Positions 42,039 to 54,531 of a stretch of 64,000 nucleotides of DNA are shown here, piece after piece. Positions within the stretch are counted from its first letter, which is position 1. Every line of letters begins with the position of its first letter. Under the pieces are notes generated by a model. It searched no databases. It saw only the letters and a list, made by a program, of their open reading frames with translations, and had not been told where the DNA came from. This DNA comes from Flavobacterium sp. Its GTDB lineage: Bacteria > Bacteroidota > Bacteroidia > Flavobacteriales > Flavobacteriaceae. The DNA lies in the NCBI GenBank assembly GCA_016714905.1, contig JADKBW010000014.1:8987-72986 (forward strand), read 5' to 3'. The position numbers were made by a program, and so were the translations under genes.

Positions 42039-43164
42039 TCTGATATCGTAGTTTATTTACAACAGGATTCGCATACATGTTTAGAAAACCTTCTAAAGCT
42101 ACCGGATTGTTTTGGTCTATCTTAATTTCCAATCGACGTTCGAAAAGTTGCTTTTCGTTTTCTGTATAAAAATCAACAAATTGATTTGTTTTATGAAGTA
42201 TATCGTAAGCAATATAATTGGTTGGCCATAGTTTGTAACTAGTCAAAATAGAATCATCTATAGCTTGAGCTAAGGCTTGAATTTGCTTATTAGAATTGTC
42301 ATTTTCAGCAGCAATAACGTCTAACTCATGATCTAAAACATCGCCAATATGAATATGAATTCGTTTCTTCTGACCCATGATTCCACTCAGTAAAGTCATG
42401 AAATCTTCGTTCTTCTCCTTAATATAAACCTCGTTATTTGCTTCCGCCATCAATTGCGGCATTTTGAGCGCGTCAGTGGGATCGTACTCATATGAAATCG
42501 ATACCGGAACTACTTTGATTTTCTTAAAGTAGTCCATCAAATTTTCTTCATCAGATCCCATGGCCAGCATTTTCAATACCCCCGGATGTGTTGCGTCGTT
42601 CCCGTCTTTGGTTCGTCCTTCTCGCTGCGCAATCCAAACCGATCGATTTTCGCGAAGCAAAAGCTGACCAATGTACTCCGACATCAATTTTGAACTTTGC
42701 AACAATTCTCTTGGCGGCAAACCACGCTGAACCAAGAAATTTCTATTCAGCTTAGACAACGTTAGCAAAAACGACTTCTTCACTAAGTTATCTCCAATCG
42801 CCGAAGCTGTCATGACTAAACCGTGCGTAAATAAAGAGGCGTTCAACAAAGAAGTGTCTAGGATAATGTCTCTATGATTGGAAATAAAAAGGTAGGCCGT
42901 GTTCTTTTCTAATTTTTCAAATCCTGAGGTAGTCAGTCCGTCGGAACTTTTCGCTAAGACTCTTTGAACCGATTGATAAATAAAATTACATTGAAAATCA
43001 CGGATGGAATGTGTCTTTAACAACTGCTCTTTCCATACTTCGTCGGGCATTTCTGGGAAGGTGAAATTCATCAACGCTTTCATCATTGGATGATTGATTG
43101 AGGAGCGAATTCCCTCATTTATCTCAGCATCGTAAAACGGACGAATGGCATCAAATTTTTGCAT
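42028..43164 (-). CDS. Glycerol-3-phosphate acyltransferase family protein (PlsC domain)
   Basis: SNHRDIILD and WIAQREGRTKDG motifs. Confidence 0.9.
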   Translation of the reverse strand: MQKFDAIRPFYDAEINEGIRSSINHPMMKALMNFTFPEMPDEVWKEQLLKTHSIRDFQCNFIYQSVQRVLAKSSDGLTTSGFEKLEKNTAYLFISNHRDIILDTSLLNASLFTHGLVMTASAIGDNLVKKSFLLTLSKLNRNFLVQRGLPPRELLQSSKLMSEYIGQLLLRENRSVWIAQREGRTKDGNDATHPGVLKMLAMGSDEENLMDYFKKIKVVPVSISYEYDPTDALKMPQLMAEANNEVYIKEKNEDFMTLLSGIMGQKKRIHIHIGDVLDHELDVIAAENDNSNKQIQALAQAIDDSILTSYKLWPTNYIAYDILHKTNQFVDFYTENEKQLFERRLEIKIDQNNPVALEGFLNMYANPVVNKLRYQNAH

Positions 43165-43229
43165 CGAATAAATTCATTTTATTTAACAAAAGAACAAAAT
43201 TTATTGACAACTTTTGCTGTTTTTTTACT

Positions 43230-43999
43230 TTAAATGCGGAATACGTCTTTAGAATTTTGCGTCGTTATATCTGCTATTTCATCTGCCGACAGCAAATAAA
43301 TCTCGGCTAATTTCTGCACTACATTGACAATATAACTGCTTTCATTTCGCTTGCCTCGATAGGGAATGGGCGCTAAATAAGGGGAATCAGTTTCTAGAAC
43401 AATATGTTCAATATCTATTTGATCTAAAAACTGATCTATTTTTCCGTTTTTAAACGTGACAACGCCTCCAATTCCAAGTTTCATATTGAAGGAAATGGCG
43501 CGCAAAGCTTGTTCATATGTTCCGGTGAAACAATGAAAAATTCCAAATAAGTCGTCTCCTTTTTCAGATTCTAACACCTCAAAAATTTCATCGAACGCAT
43601 CTCTACAATGAATGACGATGGCAATTTGTGCTTTTTGGCCAATTGAATTTGGTGTTTAAAAGCAAACTGCTGCTCCTTTAAATGGGTTTTATCCCAATAC
43701 AAATCGATGCCAATTTCGCCAATGGCAAAGAACTTTCTTTTCGCTAATTCCGCTTCAACGTGCTTTAATTCAGCCTCGTAATTTTCTTTCACATAGGTTG
43801 GATGCAAACCCATCATCAGAAACACATTTTCCGGATAAGCTTTTTCTAAATCATACATCGATTGTGTACACGAAGAATCAATCGCAGGTACAAAAAACCT
43901 TGTCACACCTTGATTGATGGCGCGTTGCATCATTTCGTTTCTGTCCAAATCAAATTCTTCGCTGTAAAGATGGGTGTGCGTATCAGTAATTATCATCAT
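43230..43999 (-). CDS. TatD family hydrolase (frameshift near 43620)
   Basis: DTHTH and GEIGID in the 5' ORF; IFHCF and LETDSPYL in the 3' ORF. Confidence 0.92.
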
Positions 44000-44091
44000 G
44001 GAGAAAGGCAAATTTTTATGCCCCAAAATTACAATTAAAACCAAACTATTCGCGAAAACTTTACGACCTTAGCGCCAAAGCGACAGAAAAA

Positions 44092-44529
44092 ATGAAACAC
44101 CTTCAAGACCTTCTCAAAAAAGAAAAATACACTAAGATCAATTTTAAGGTCACCAAAACACAACATCTACTTCTCAAAGCCAGTATTAATGGTGTTAAGG
44201 GGAATTTCATTTTAGATACTGGAGCCAGTAATAGTTGTGTTGGATTTGAAAGTATCGAACTATTTCAACTCACCGCCGGGAAATCAAAAACCAAAGCCGC
44301 TGGTGCTGGAGCGACTGGAATGTTTACACAAATTGCCAAGAGCAATCAGTTGCAAATTGGCCGTTGGAAGAACAAGAATTTTCATTTGGTGATTTTTGAT
44401 TTATCACATGTTAATGAAGCACTCACCCAACACAAAACTAAACCCGTTCAAGGCATCATCGGTGCCGATGTGCTGTTAGAGGGAAAGGCGATTATTGATT
44501 ATTATAATCATTGTTTGTACCTTCATTAA
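44092..44529 (+). CDS. Retropepsin-like aspartic protease
   Basis: FILDTGAS and GIIGADVL motifs. Confidence 0.9.
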   Translation: MKHLQDLLKKEKYTKINFKVTKTQHLLLKASINGVKGNFILDTGASNSCVGFESIELFQLTAGKSKTKAAGAGATGMFTQIAKSNQLQIGRWKNKNFHLVIFDLSHVNEALTQHKTKPVQGIIGADVLLEGKAIIDYYNHCLYLH

Positions 44530-44627
44530 ATCAAATTCTCGATGAAACCCATCGAATTCTCATTGAAATTGGCAGATCCGCTTTCGCTCATTTATATTTT
44601 ATACATTTGATTTCTAACTTTTGTATC

Positions 44628-47240
44628 ATGAAAAAAAATTACCGCTTTTTGTCTTTGTTTTTTGGGTTGATGTTAAGCACCATCTCGTACGGACAAATCT
44701 CTGCTGCCGATGACACTTTTGGTGTTGTTTATGGCGCATCCAATGTGACTGCAGGAAATGTGTTGCTCAATGACGTATTGAATAGTGCACCAGCAACACT
44801 AAGTACCGTAACCATTACACAACTCACCTCAACCAATGCTGGCGTTTCAATTTCGGGAACTGATGTTGTTGTCGCTGGAGGCACGCCACGAGGCAGCTAC
44901 ACTTTAACGTATAAAATTTGTTCTATTGCGAATCCGCTGCTTTGTGCAACTGGAACAGTCACCATCAATACGCAATTGATTGCCAATCCTGATACTATTT
45001 ATATAAGTCCTTGTTGGGGTGGCACCATTGGAAATGTTCTTGGAAGCGGAACTAATGTAGATTTCATTGACACTTTAAATGGCGTGCCGGCTGTTTTGAC
45101 TTCTTATTTCACCCAACCCGGAAATATTCTTGTTCCTGCCGATGTGGTCATCACTGATTTATCAAATTATCCTGAATTTACTATTGATAGTAGTGGAAAT
45201 ATTAATTATTTTGGATCCCCATTCTTCCCAACGCAATATACTTTAACCTATCAATTATGTGAAATAGCACATCCTTCAAATTGTAGTATCGGCTATGTAA
45301 CAATAAATTTCTTTCCGCCCTATCTTTTTGCTGGAGATGATGATTTCTCATTTAATCCAATTGATAATACTACAGGTGGTGTAGCTGGAAATGTTTTGAT
45401 AAATGATTTTAGCGAATGCTCAGGACCTTTAAGTTCCTCAAATAGTACTGTTTTCACAAACAGCATTCCTGCAGGTTTGTCAATAGATCCCGATGGAAAT
45501 GTATTGGTCTCTCCAGGGACATCTCCCGGAACTTATGTATTCAATTATACCGTTTGTGAAAACTTTTTCGGATCTTGTGGTTCTGCAAATGTATTTATAA
45601 CCGTAACTGGTCCTTCCGTATTAGTAGCCAACTATGATGATTTTGGTGCGCCTAATTATCCGAACACAACAACCGCAAGTGTATTGACCAATGACACATT
45701 TAACGGCAACCCTTTTTCATCATCGGATGTCATCTTAACGCCGTTAAATAATCCAGCTGGTTTTACTTTAAATTCTAACGGGACGATTACCATTGCGCCA
45801 ACTGTTCCAGAGGAAACCTATGTTATTCCTTATCAAATATGCGCCGCTTCTAATCCGAGTGATTGCTATGTCAATTATGCTTACGTAGTCGTATTGAAAA
45901 ACCGAATCATTGGTAAAATTAAATATGATGCAACAGCAAATGGCTGTGATGCGAGCGATGCTTATCTAAATAATATCACAGTGCAAAATGTAAATGGTTC
46001 CAGTACATATGTAAGTACCACTCGTTCTTATGCCGCAGGAGAATATTACCTAATTGGAGATAACGGAACTAATACCGTTTCTGTTACTGGTTTACCTCCT
46101 TATTTTACAGTAACTCCAGCAACACAGGTTTTTAATTTTAGCACGCCTGGAACCACAACCTCCCCCGATTTTTGTGTAGTTGCCAATAGCAACGTCGACG
46201 ATGTAGAAATTGTTCTTATTCCATTATTTAATGTCGTACCTGGTCTTCCGGCTTTCTATAATATCTGGTTTAAGAACAACGGAAGTACCACGCTGAATGG
46301 TCAAGTAACTTTTCAGTTCGACAATACAAAAATGTCCTTTTTGTCCAGTAGTCCTTCACCAAATACAATAACTACAAACACTTTGGTTTTTAATTATTCG
46401 AATTTAGCTCCATTTGAAAACAGGTTGATCAACAATGTGAAATTCCAAGTGGACATCCCACCTACAGTAGATTTAGGTCAAGTCATTACTTTTGCGGGAG
46501 ATATTTCGCCTGTTGCCTCAGATTATACACCCGTCAACAATAGTAGTGAGGTAAGCCAAACCGTCGTTAACTCGCAAGACCCCAATGATATTATAGTTCA
46601 TGAAGGTGCATCAATCACATTAGCAAAAGCGCAGCAAGATTATTTACACTACACCATTCGATTTCAAAACATTGGAACTTCAGACGCCATCAACGTTAAA
46701 GTGATCAATGATTTAGATGCTAAATTAGATTGGAGCACATTCCAGCTAATTAGTACCAGTCACAATTGTAGGATAAAAAACAAAAACAATCGCAACGAAT
46801 TTATTTTTGAAGGAATCAATTTACCGGGAACTACCAACGAGCCTTTAAGTCATGGTTACATCACCTATAAAATAAAAGCAATCACTTCCATTGCTGTTGG
46901 AGATGTGATTCCTAATAGTGCTAATATCTACTTTGATTTCAACGCACCTATCGCGACCAATATTGCAACCACGACCATAACCCCAAATTTAGGGACTGAG
47001 AATTTTGCTTTCAGCGATTTCAATTACTTTCCAAATCCAGTAAAAAACATTTTGTTTCTAAAAAACACGAAAACGATAAATTCAGTTGAAATTACTTCTC
47101 TAGTTGGGCAAACAGTGCTTTCTAAAAAAGTAATGGAAGTACAAGCAGAAATTAATTTAACCGACCTGGCAAATGGAATTTATTTCGTAAAAGTTAACTC
47201 TGAAAATCAAGAAAAAACGATAAAAATCGTCAAAGAATAA
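44628..47240 (+). CDS. Large T9SS cargo protein with Ig-like repeats and DUF11/DUF7619-like domains
   Basis: Signal peptide; four A..D...NVL...Y.IC-type repeats; SQDPND, YTIRFQNIGT, ANIYFDFNAPI; FPNPV CTD. Confidence 0.88.
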   Translation: MKKNYRFLSLFFGLMLSTISYGQISAADDTFGVVYGASNVTAGNVLLNDVLNSAPATLSTVTITQLTSTNAGVSISGTDVVVAGGTPRGSYTLTYKICSIANPLLCATGTVTINTQLIANPDTIYISPCWGGTIGNVLGSGTNVDFIDTLNGVPAVLTSYFTQPGNILVPADVVITDLSNYPEFTIDSSGNINYFGSPFFPTQYTLTYQLCEIAHPSNCSIGYVTINFFPPYLFAGDDDFSFNPIDNTTGGVAGNVLINDFSECSGPLSSSNSTVFTNSIPAGLSIDPDGNVLVSPGTSPGTYVFNYTVCENFFGSCGSANVFITVTGPSVLVANYDDFGAPNYPNTTTASVLTNDTFNGNPFSSSDVILTPLNNPAGFTLNSNGTITIAPTVPEETYVIPYQICAASNPSDCYVNYAYVVVLKNRIIGKIKYDATANGCDASDAYLNNITVQNVNGSSTYVSTTRSYAAGEYYLIGDNGTNTVSVTGLPPYFTVTPATQVFNFSTPGTTTSPDFCVVANSNVDDVEIVLIPLFNVVPGLPAFYNIWFKNNGSTTLNGQVTFQFDNTKMSFLSSSPSPNTITTNTLVFNYSNLAPFENRLINNVKFQVDIPPTVDLGQVITFAGDISPVASDYTPVNNSSEVSQTVVNSQDPNDIIVHEGASITLAKAQQDYLHYTIRFQNIGTSDAINVKVINDLDAKLDWSTFQLISTSHNCRIKNKNNRNEFIFEGINLPGTTNEPLSHGYITYKIKAITSIAVGDVIPNSANIYFDFNAPIATNIATTTITPNLGTENFAFSDFNYFPNPVKNILFLKNTKTINSVEITSLVGQTVLSKKVMEVQAEINLTDLANGIYFVKVNSENQEKTIKIVKE

Positions 47241-47267
47241 TTCTTAACATAAAATGTCAAAAGCCAT

Positions 47268-48494
47268 CTATTTTAGGTGGCTTTTTTGCTTCTTAAAAGA
47301 AAAGTACGCAATCACCAAACTCACCAACATCAAGAAACCGCCCAAAACAAATGGCGCTCCGGCAAACTCAAACGGTGCCTCATCATGGGTGAAATAATAA
47401 AAAATTCCAGACATCACGGGTGGACCGATAATCGCACTCGCACTCATTAAGCTTGATAAAGTCCCTTGAATTTCTCCTTGCTCAGTAGGTAGCACCTGAC
47501 TCGAAACCACAGACTGCATCGCTGGACCAGCAATGCCTCCCAAACAATATGGAATTAAAAACACAAACACCATCCAACTTTGCGTTGCCGATGCAAACAA
47601 AAACATACCTACCGCATATAAGATGATCCCAACATAAATACTATTGACGTTGCCCAACTTCGGATTAATCCATCGAATCAAAACACCTTGAACCAATCCC
47701 ACCAGAAGTCCGATGATTCCAAATGATATTCCAACCATTTTTTCGTCCCAACCAAATCGAAACATCGTATAATAACTCCAATTACTTTGCACTGCATGAG
47801 AAGCGACGTACAAAATAAAAATCGCCGACATCAGTCCAAATAATGTCGGATGTTTTCGCAACCGCAACAAAGCACCAACTGGATTGGCACGCTTCCATTC
47901 GAATTTTCTACGATTTTCTTTCGCCAACGATTCAGGTAATATAAAATATCCGTAAATAAAGTTAACAAAACACAAAACTGCCGCGGCATAAAAAGGAACT
48001 CTTGCTCCAAAATGGCCCAACAAACCGCCAATCACTGGACCGATGATGAAGCCCAGACCAAACGCAGCGCCAATCATTCCGAAGTTCTTGGCTCTGTTTT
48101 CCGGTGTACTGATATCTGCTATATACGCCGATGCGGTCGTGATACTCGCCCCGGTGAGTCCCGCTATAATTCGTCCAATAAAGAGCCAAGTAATTGTTGG
48201 TGCGAAGGAAAGTAAAACATAATCTAGGGCAAAAGCGAAAAGTGAAATCAAGATAATCGGTCGTCGCCCGTATTGATCGCTCAAATTTCCAATCAATGGC
48301 GCAAAAATAAATTGAGTAAACGCATACGCAAATCCTAACCAGCCGCCGTATTTTGCGGCTTCACTAATATCACCTTGAATCAATTCTTCAATCAATTTGG
48401 GAATCACTGGAATGATAATGCCCCAACCCGTGATGTCAATCAACATGGTGATAAAAATAAATCCGATCGCGGCTGATTTCTGGTTCTTTTTCAT
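47268..48494 (-). CDS. TCR/Tet family MFS transporter
   Basis: [17 protein letters not shown] and [12 protein letters not shown] motifs; likely start MKKNQK. Confidence 0.92.
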   Translation of the reverse strand: MKKNQKSAAIGFIFITMLIDITGWGIIIPVIPKLIEELIQGDISEAAKYGGWLGFAYAFTQFIFAPLIGNLSDQYGRRPIILISLFAFALDYVLLSFAPTITWLFIGRIIAGLTGASITTASAYIADISTPENRAKNFGMIGAAFGLGFIIGPVIGGLLGHFGARVPFYAAAVLCFVNFIYGYFILPESLAKENRRKFEWKRANPVGALLRLRKHPTLFGLMSAIFILYVASHAVQSNWSYYTMFRFGWDEKMVGISFGIIGLLVGLVQGVLIRWINPKLGNVNSIYVGIILYAVGMFLFASATQSWMVFVFLIPYCLGGIAGPAMQSVVSSQVLPTEQGEIQGTLSSLMSASAIIGPPVMSGIFYYFTHDEAPFEFAGAPFVLGGFLMLVSLVIAYFSFKKQKSHLK

Positions 48495-48503
48495 AATGAA
48501 TTT

Positions 48504-48581
48504 TTGGGCGTGTCCCGGCGTCGTTCCTCCTTGGGTCGCGTCTTCCGCAGTGCGCGGCACTTTGCTGCAACCGCTCACGCA
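48504..48581 (-). ncRNA. Flavo-1-like structured intergenic element (copy 3)
   Basis: Reverse complement reads TGCGTGAGCGGTTGCAGCAAAGTGCCGCGCACTGCGGAAGACGCGACCC...CACGCCC. Confidence 0.55.
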
Positions 48582-48650
48582 AACACGCAAATAAACAAAA
48601 AATCCCAAACTCTTTTTGAATTTGGGATTTGAATTTTGGGATTTAATTTC

Positions 48651-49877
48651 TTATAATTCCAATGCCTTTTTCGCATCACCACCCATCAATAATTCAACAG
48701 GATTTTCTAACGCTTCTTTCACGGCAACCAAGAAACCAACCGATTCTCTTCCGTCGATAATTCGGTGATCGTAAGATAACGCCACGTACATCATCGGGTG
48801 AATTTCTACTTGACCATTTACGGCAATCGGACGCTCAATAATGTTGTGCATGCCGAGAATTCCGGATTGTGGCGGGTTGATAATTGGTGTACTCAACATA
48901 CTTCCAAAAACACCTCCGTTTGAAATCGTAAACGTTCCGCCTGTCATATCATCAACAGTGATTTGCCCATCACGAGCGCGGATGGCCAAACGTTTGATCT
49001 CTGCTTCGATACCGCGGAAACTTAAGGTTTCAGCCGAGCGAACTACAGGAACCATCAAACCTTTTGGACCAGAAACGGCAACTGAAATATCGCAGAAATC
49101 GTACGCGATTTTGTCCGTTCCGTCTATCATTGAGTTCACATCTGGATAGAGTTGTAATGCTCTTGTTACGGCTTTCGTAAAGAACGACATAAAGCCCAAA
49201 CCTAATCCACCGTGTTTTGCTTTGAAAGCATCTTTATATTCGTTACGCACTGCGTTAATTGGCGACATGTTTACTTCATTAAAAGTCGTCAACATCGCAG
49301 TTTCGTTTTTCGCAGCCACCAATCTTTCGGCCACTTTACGACGCAACATCGATAATTTAGTGCGACTAGAACCACGGTTTCCACCAGTCGGTGTTCCCAT
49401 CGAAGGAATGGCGCTTACTGCATCTTCTTTAGTAATGCGACCGTCTTTTCCTGTTCCTACTATATCTGAAGGTTGTATGTTTTTCTCGTCTAGAATTTTC
49501 TTCGCTGCTGGTGAAGGTGTGTTGGTAGCGTAGGAAGTTGGCGCTGGTGCAGCCGCTGGTTTTGCTTCTACTTTAGGAGCTTCTGCCTTAGGAGCCTCCA
49601 CTTTAGCTTCAGCCACCGGCGCGGCACCCGAAGGCTTAGCGGCACTAGTATCGATTAAGCAAACCACAGCGCCTACGGCAACTGCATCGCCTTCTTCGGC
49701 TTTGAGTGTGATGATTCCGCTGGCTTCTGCAGGCAATTCGAGTGTGGCTTTATCAGAATCGACTTCGGCAATGGCTTGGTCTTTTTCTACATAATCACCG
49801 TCTTTGACTAACCAAGTGGCGATTTCAACTTCTTTGATGGACTCGCCTGGTGAAGGCACTTTCATTTCTAAAATCAT
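48651..49877 (-). CDS. sucB: 2-oxoglutarate dehydrogenase E2
   Basis: Lipoyl motif DSDKA; [13 protein letters not shown]. Confidence 0.97.
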   Translation of the reverse strand: MILEMKVPSPGESIKEVEIATWLVKDGDYVEKDQAIAEVDSDKATLELPAEASGIITLKAEEGDAVAVGAVVCLIDTSAAKPSGAAPVAEAKVEAPKAEAPKVEAKPAAAPAPTSYATNTPSPAAKKILDEKNIQPSDIVGTGKDGRITKEDAVSAIPSMGTPTGGNRGSSRTKLSMLRRKVAERLVAAKNETAMLTTFNEVNMSPINAVRNEYKDAFKAKHGGLGLGFMSFFTKAVTRALQLYPDVNSMIDGTDKIAYDFCDISVAVSGPKGLMVPVVRSAETLSFRGIEAEIKRLAIRARDGQITVDDMTGGTFTISNGGVFGSMLSTPIINPPQSGILGMHNIIERPIAVNGQVEIHPMMYVALSYDHRIIDGRESVGFLVAVKEALENPVELLMGGDAKKALEL

Positions 49878-49923
49878 TGTAACTTATTTTAAATTTTGAA
49901 CGTTGTGTTGTTTTTTATTTGGT

Positions 49924-49991
49924 GCCCTAGCCCTGATGGAACGGCATCCTTTTGTGGCGGTGTTCGCCGCAAAAGATATAGTGACAGCAGG
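49924..49991 (+). ncRNA. Flavo-1-like structured intergenic element (copy 4)
   Basis: Closely similar to 4923-4992 with a different apical stem. Confidence 0.6.
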
Positions 49992-50002
49992 ATTAACTCT
50001 CA

Positions 50003-52775
50003 TTATTGAAATAAATTTTTATCAAATACCATTCGGATTGCATCGGCCTGACGGCGTTTGGCTCGTGTATAACTTCCTGCTGCTGGTGCTGCGTAGGCTT
50101 TGAGCGATGCCAATCTCCATTTTACGAGATCGAAATTCATTAACATATAGCTGTAAGCGCCCATATTCTTTGGTTCTTCTTGTGCCCAAACGAAATCGTC
50201 GGCTTTCGAATAACTTGCGATAATGGCTTTTAATTGTTCGGTTGGCAATGGGAATAATTGTTCAATTCTGATGAGTGCCACGTCTTTTCGTCCGAGATTT
50301 TCTCTTTCGGTATGCAAATCATAATAGAATTTACCAGTGCAAAATACCAATGTTTTGACGTCTTTTTTATTCACAGCCGTATCATCAATCGTTTCTTGGA
50401 AACTACCGGTTGCAAATTCCTCAACCGTTGAAACGACTCTTGGATCACGCAACAAACTTTTCGGCGTGAATACGACCAATGGTTTGCGGTATTTGGTTTT
50501 CATTTGACGGCGCAACAAGTGAAAGAAATTGGCTGGTGTGGTGCAATCAGCAACGAACATATTGTGTCTTGCACAAAGTTGAAGGTAACGCTCCATTCTT
50601 GCTGAAGAGTGTTCCGCGCCTTGTCCTTCGTAACCGTGTGGCAAGAGTAAGACAATTCCGTTTTGGTTGTTCCATTTGTCTTCGCCGCACGAGATGTATT
50701 GGTCGATCATAATTTGCGCTCCGTTGCTGAAATCTCCAAATTGTGCTTCCCAAATGGTTAGCGTATTTGGACTTGCAAGAGCGTAACCGTAATCAAATCC
50801 GAGTACACCATATTCTGACAAGAACGAATTGTAAATATAGAATTTACCTTCGGCGTTCTTAAGATTTGATAAGAGCACCACTTCTTCTTCGCTGTCTTCT
50901 ACTTTCACCACTGCGTGACGGTGGGAGAACGTTCCTCGTTCTACGTCTTGTCCAGAAATACGAACATTATAACCTTCGGTCATTAAGGAACCATACGCTA
51001 ATGTTTCCGCCATTGCCCAGTCGAGGGCATTGGATTCGAAGAACATTGTTTTACGATCGTTGATTAGTTTTTCGATTTTGCTGATGAATTTTTTGTCTTT
51101 GGGAAGATTACAAATCACATCGGCTATTTCGGTCAATCCTTTTTTAGGGAAAGTCGTATCTACTTTTTGCAACATCACATCGTCGGAGACTTGCTGGAAT
51201 CCTTGCCATTCATTTTGCATGAAAGGCGTGATGATCGTTAAATCTTTTTTACGTGAGGCTTCGAGATTTTGATCTAGATCGAGTTTGTAAGCCGATTCTA
51301 AATCTTTGACGAAATTGCCGTCGATAACTCCTTCTGCCAATAATTTGTCCCATAAATATCTCGTGGATTTTGTGCTTGGCAATGATTTTATATAGTACTG
51401 GTTGGGTGAAACGAGGTTCATCACCTTCGTTGTGTCCGTATTTTCTGTATCCCAGTAAATCGATGAAAACATCGCGTCCGAATTGCATTCTAAAGTCGAG
51501 GGCAAACAACATCGCGTGCACCACGGCTTCTGCATCATCCGCATTGACGTGCAATACAGGCGACAAAGTTACTTTAGCCACATCGGTGCAATACGTTGAC
51601 GAACGAGCATCGAGATAATTCGTAGTAAAACCGACTTGGTTGTTGATGACAATATGAATGGTTCCGCCGGTTTTGTATCCGTCGAGTTGTGCCATTTGGA
51701 TGATCTCATAGAGAATTCCTTGTCCAGCGATAGCAGCATCACCGTGCACGGCAATTGGCAACACTTTCGAGAAATCTTCTGGAAAATAATGATCTTGTTT
51801 TGCACGGGTAATTCCTTCAATTACGGCACCAACCGTTTCTAGGTGAGACGGATTCGGCGCTAAATTGATATTGATATGTTTTCCTGTGCTTGTTTTTCTA
51901 TCCGATGTTAAACCCAAATGGTATTTTACATCGCCATCAAAATATTCTTGGTCGTAATCTTTCCCGTCAAATTCGGAGAAAATATCTTGGGTTGATTTTC
52001 TAAAAATATTAGCCAACACGTTCAAACGACCACGGTGCGCCATTCCCATGACGAATTGCTCTACGCCTTTTTCTGCTGCGGCTTCAATCAGCGCATCGAG
52101 TGCTGGAATGATGGATTCGCCGCCTTCGAGTGAAAAACGTTTTTGTCCAACGTATTTGGTGTGTAAGAAATTCTCGAAAGAAACCGCTTCGTTGAGTTTG
52201 CTGAGAATGTTTTTCTTTTGATCGTTGGTGAAGTTGGGTTGGTTGTCATTGATGTTGATGCGGTCTTGAATCCATTGAATCCACTCTGGATTTCGCATGT
52301 ACATATATTCAATTCCGATATGTTGACAGTAGACATTTCGTAAATGAGTCAAAATATCTTGCAACGTCGACGGTTGATGCCCGAGTACTTTTGCCGCATC
52401 AAAAACGGTATTTAAGTCGTCGTTGGAAAGCCCGTAATTTTCAAGCTGTAAATTAGGCAAGAAGATTCGGCGATCACGAACCGGATTGGTCTTAGTAAAA
52501 AGATGTCCACGCGTTCGGTAACCGTCGATAAGTTTAAGAACGTTGAATTCTTTTAATATTTTATCTGAAGCTGCGCCGCTCTGAACAGCATTGGACGCCA
52601 TGTTTGCCATTTGATGAACAGCTTGCTCCTCGTTGTAGGTGGTCATTCCAAAATCGAAACCTTGAAAGAAACTTCTCCAACTAGGTTCTACGCTATCTGG
52701 ACTTTCTGTGTATTGCTCGTATAAATCGGCGAAAAATTCGGTGTGTGCTGCGTTTAAAAAGGAAAACCTATCCAT
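50003..52775 (-). CDS. sucA: 2-oxoglutarate dehydrogenase E1 (indels near 51350-51375)
   Basis: GMAHRGRLN, HGDAA and GHNEGDEP in the 5' ORF; GQDVERGTFSHRH and WEAQFGDF in the 3' ORF. Confidence 0.96.
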
Positions 52776-52887
52776 AAGTCTTGTTAAATGTCCTAATTTG
52801 TAAAAATGTTACGCAAAAGTACAATAAAACCAATAAAATTTTAATTATTTTAGATACTTTTATCGTTTATCAAAAAAAGCTTTTTTT

Positions 52888-53427
52888 ATGTCTAAATCTC
52901 GTTGTTTACAAGTTAAATTTAAATTCATTTTTACCTTTTTTGCGACTGTTTTTTCAGCTGTGACTTTCGCGCAGCAACAACCTAAAAATGACTTTTGGCA
53001 AAACGTGCAGTTTGGCGGTGGATTTGGACTGAGTGTGGGTTCTGGCTTTACTAACATTAGTATTGCGCCGAGTGCGATATACAATTTTAACGAGATATTT
53101 GCTGCCGGTGTCGGATTGCAGGGAAGCTATATCAAGGTAGATGATCGCGACGTGAATTACAATTCCTATGTTTATGGAGGAAGTTTGATTGGTTTGGTTC
53201 GACCTCTTGAAGAAATTCAACTTTCTGTGGAGCTTGAGCAATTGCGTGTCAATCAAGAATTTCCAGACTTTGATGCAAAAAAGAATTTTTGGAATACGGC
53301 TTTGTATTTAGGCGCTGGGTATTATACTGGAAACGTTACTATTGGTATTCGTTATAATGTATTGTTCAATAAAAACGATTTGGTGTATAGCGAAGCATTT
53401 ATGCCGTTTGTTAGAGTTTATTTCTAA
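52888..53427 (+). CDS. Outer-membrane beta-barrel-like hypothetical protein
   Basis: Signal peptide, amphipathic strands, C-terminal VRVYF. Confidence 0.8.
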   Translation: MSKSRCLQVKFKFIFTFFATVFSAVTFAQQQPKNDFWQNVQFGGGFGLSVGSGFTNISIAPSAIYNFNEIFAAGVGLQGSYIKVDDRDVNYNSYVYGGSLIGLVRPLEEIQLSVELEQLRVNQEFPDFDAKKNFWNTALYLGAGYYTGNVTIGIRYNVLFNKNDLVYSEAFMPFVRVYF

Positions 53428-53764
53428 ACCAAACTTTCATCCATTCTCTTTTCAAAATTAAAAATGCAACCTGTTCCGAAAGTTCAGCAATGTCTGAACC
53501 ATCTAACTTTTTGATTTGATCTTCGGGAACATCAATGATGTATAACAAGTTTAAATATTCCGCAAATTTGTACTGAATCAACCGATAGATTTTTTCATGC
53601 AATTGCACCTTTAACTCATCAGGTTTCGTGCTCAATGGAAAGTCGATTCCTTCGTTGGCCAAATTAAAATCTTTGTTGATTTGCTCAATCAATTTGAGGT
53701 ATAAGTTCTCTTTTTCTGCTTCTGAAAGCAACGAATCTGAGGATATTGGCGCAATGAAATTCAT
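53411..53764 (-). CDS. Conserved hypothetical protein
   Basis: LLYIIDVPE...ILKREWMKVWFR. Confidence 0.8.
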   Translation of the reverse strand: MNFIAPISSDSLLSEAEKENLYLKLIEQINKDFNLANEGIDFPLSTKPDELKVQLHEKIYRLIQYKFAEYLNLLYIIDVPEDQIKKLDGSDIAELSEQVAFLILKREWMKVWFRNKL

Positions 53765-53768
53765 ATAA

Positions 53769-54509
53769 TTATTGACTTACTTTTAATCTTCTTTTGTCCC
53801 AAATGGACACAATTTTTACTAACAACACATCGCCTCCCGCATAAAAAAACACAGCTCCCATCGGCGGATTACTTGCTGGAATCAATCCAAACGTTTTCGG
53901 AACCCATGTCCAACATTGAAAATACGTTCCCACTAACTCGATAAAGATAACACAAAGTGCAATAAAATAATAGAGATTTTGCCAGCGTTTTCGTTTCATC
54001 AACACAAAAAATAAAAGGCCAAAAAGCAAGGTGAAAACGTCGTTTAAAAATAGACCGACTGCAATAAACAGGACGCTAAAGAAAACAGCAAAGAACTTCC
54101 GAAGTGGCTGCTCGTGTTGCACTGACCATGGGGCGTGAGCGAAAATATAGCCCGAGGCGTAAACAATCGCATGACCAAAAGGTACATACAACGGAATGAA
54201 TGCTGTTCTATAATCATACATTCCGAGTAATTTGCAAAAAATGAGTTCGCCGATATAGGACAAGAAAACCATCACGATCATCAGCTTTCGTAAATAGATT
54301 TCTGCCGAAAAAAACAATAGAAAGAAATACACTATCGCCGCCACATTGGTAATCCCTCTAGCATCAAAATACTTTTCAGTAAAAAAAACGGAATCAATTC
54401 CTAAAGCCAGTATGGTAAAAACCGTAAAGCCAAAAGCCAAATTCGATTGCAATTTGGGGCTATAGCTTTGCTCGTTAAAAAAGTAATGATATAGTTTGGA
54501 ATTATTCAA
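53769..54509 (-). CDS. Hypothetical multi-pass membrane protein
   Basis: Hydrophobic; IPLYVPFGH and NPPMG motifs. Confidence 0.75.
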   Translation of the reverse strand: MNNSKLYHYFFNEQSYSPKLQSNLAFGFTVFTILALGIDSVFFTEKYFDARGITNVAAIVYFFLLFFSAEIYLRKLMIVMVFLSYIGELIFCKLLGMYDYRTAFIPLYVPFGHAIVYASGYIFAHAPWSVQHEQPLRKFFAVFFSVLFIAVGLFLNDVFTLLFGLLFFVLMKRKRWQNLYYFIALCVIFIELVGTYFQCWTWVPKTFGLIPASNPPMGAVFFYAGGDVLLVKIVSIWDKRRLKVSQ

Positions 54510-54531
54510 TGGTCAATACTTTCTAGAAAAA

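Noticed and set aside
47268-48494. Acquired tetracycline resistance gene
   Set aside because: Generic TCR/Tet MFS transporter with host-like composition and no mobile context; substrate unknown.
50003-52775. Programmed frameshifting or true pseudogene in sucA and other split genes
   Set aside because: Scattered small indels in many unrelated genes are better explained by sequencing error.
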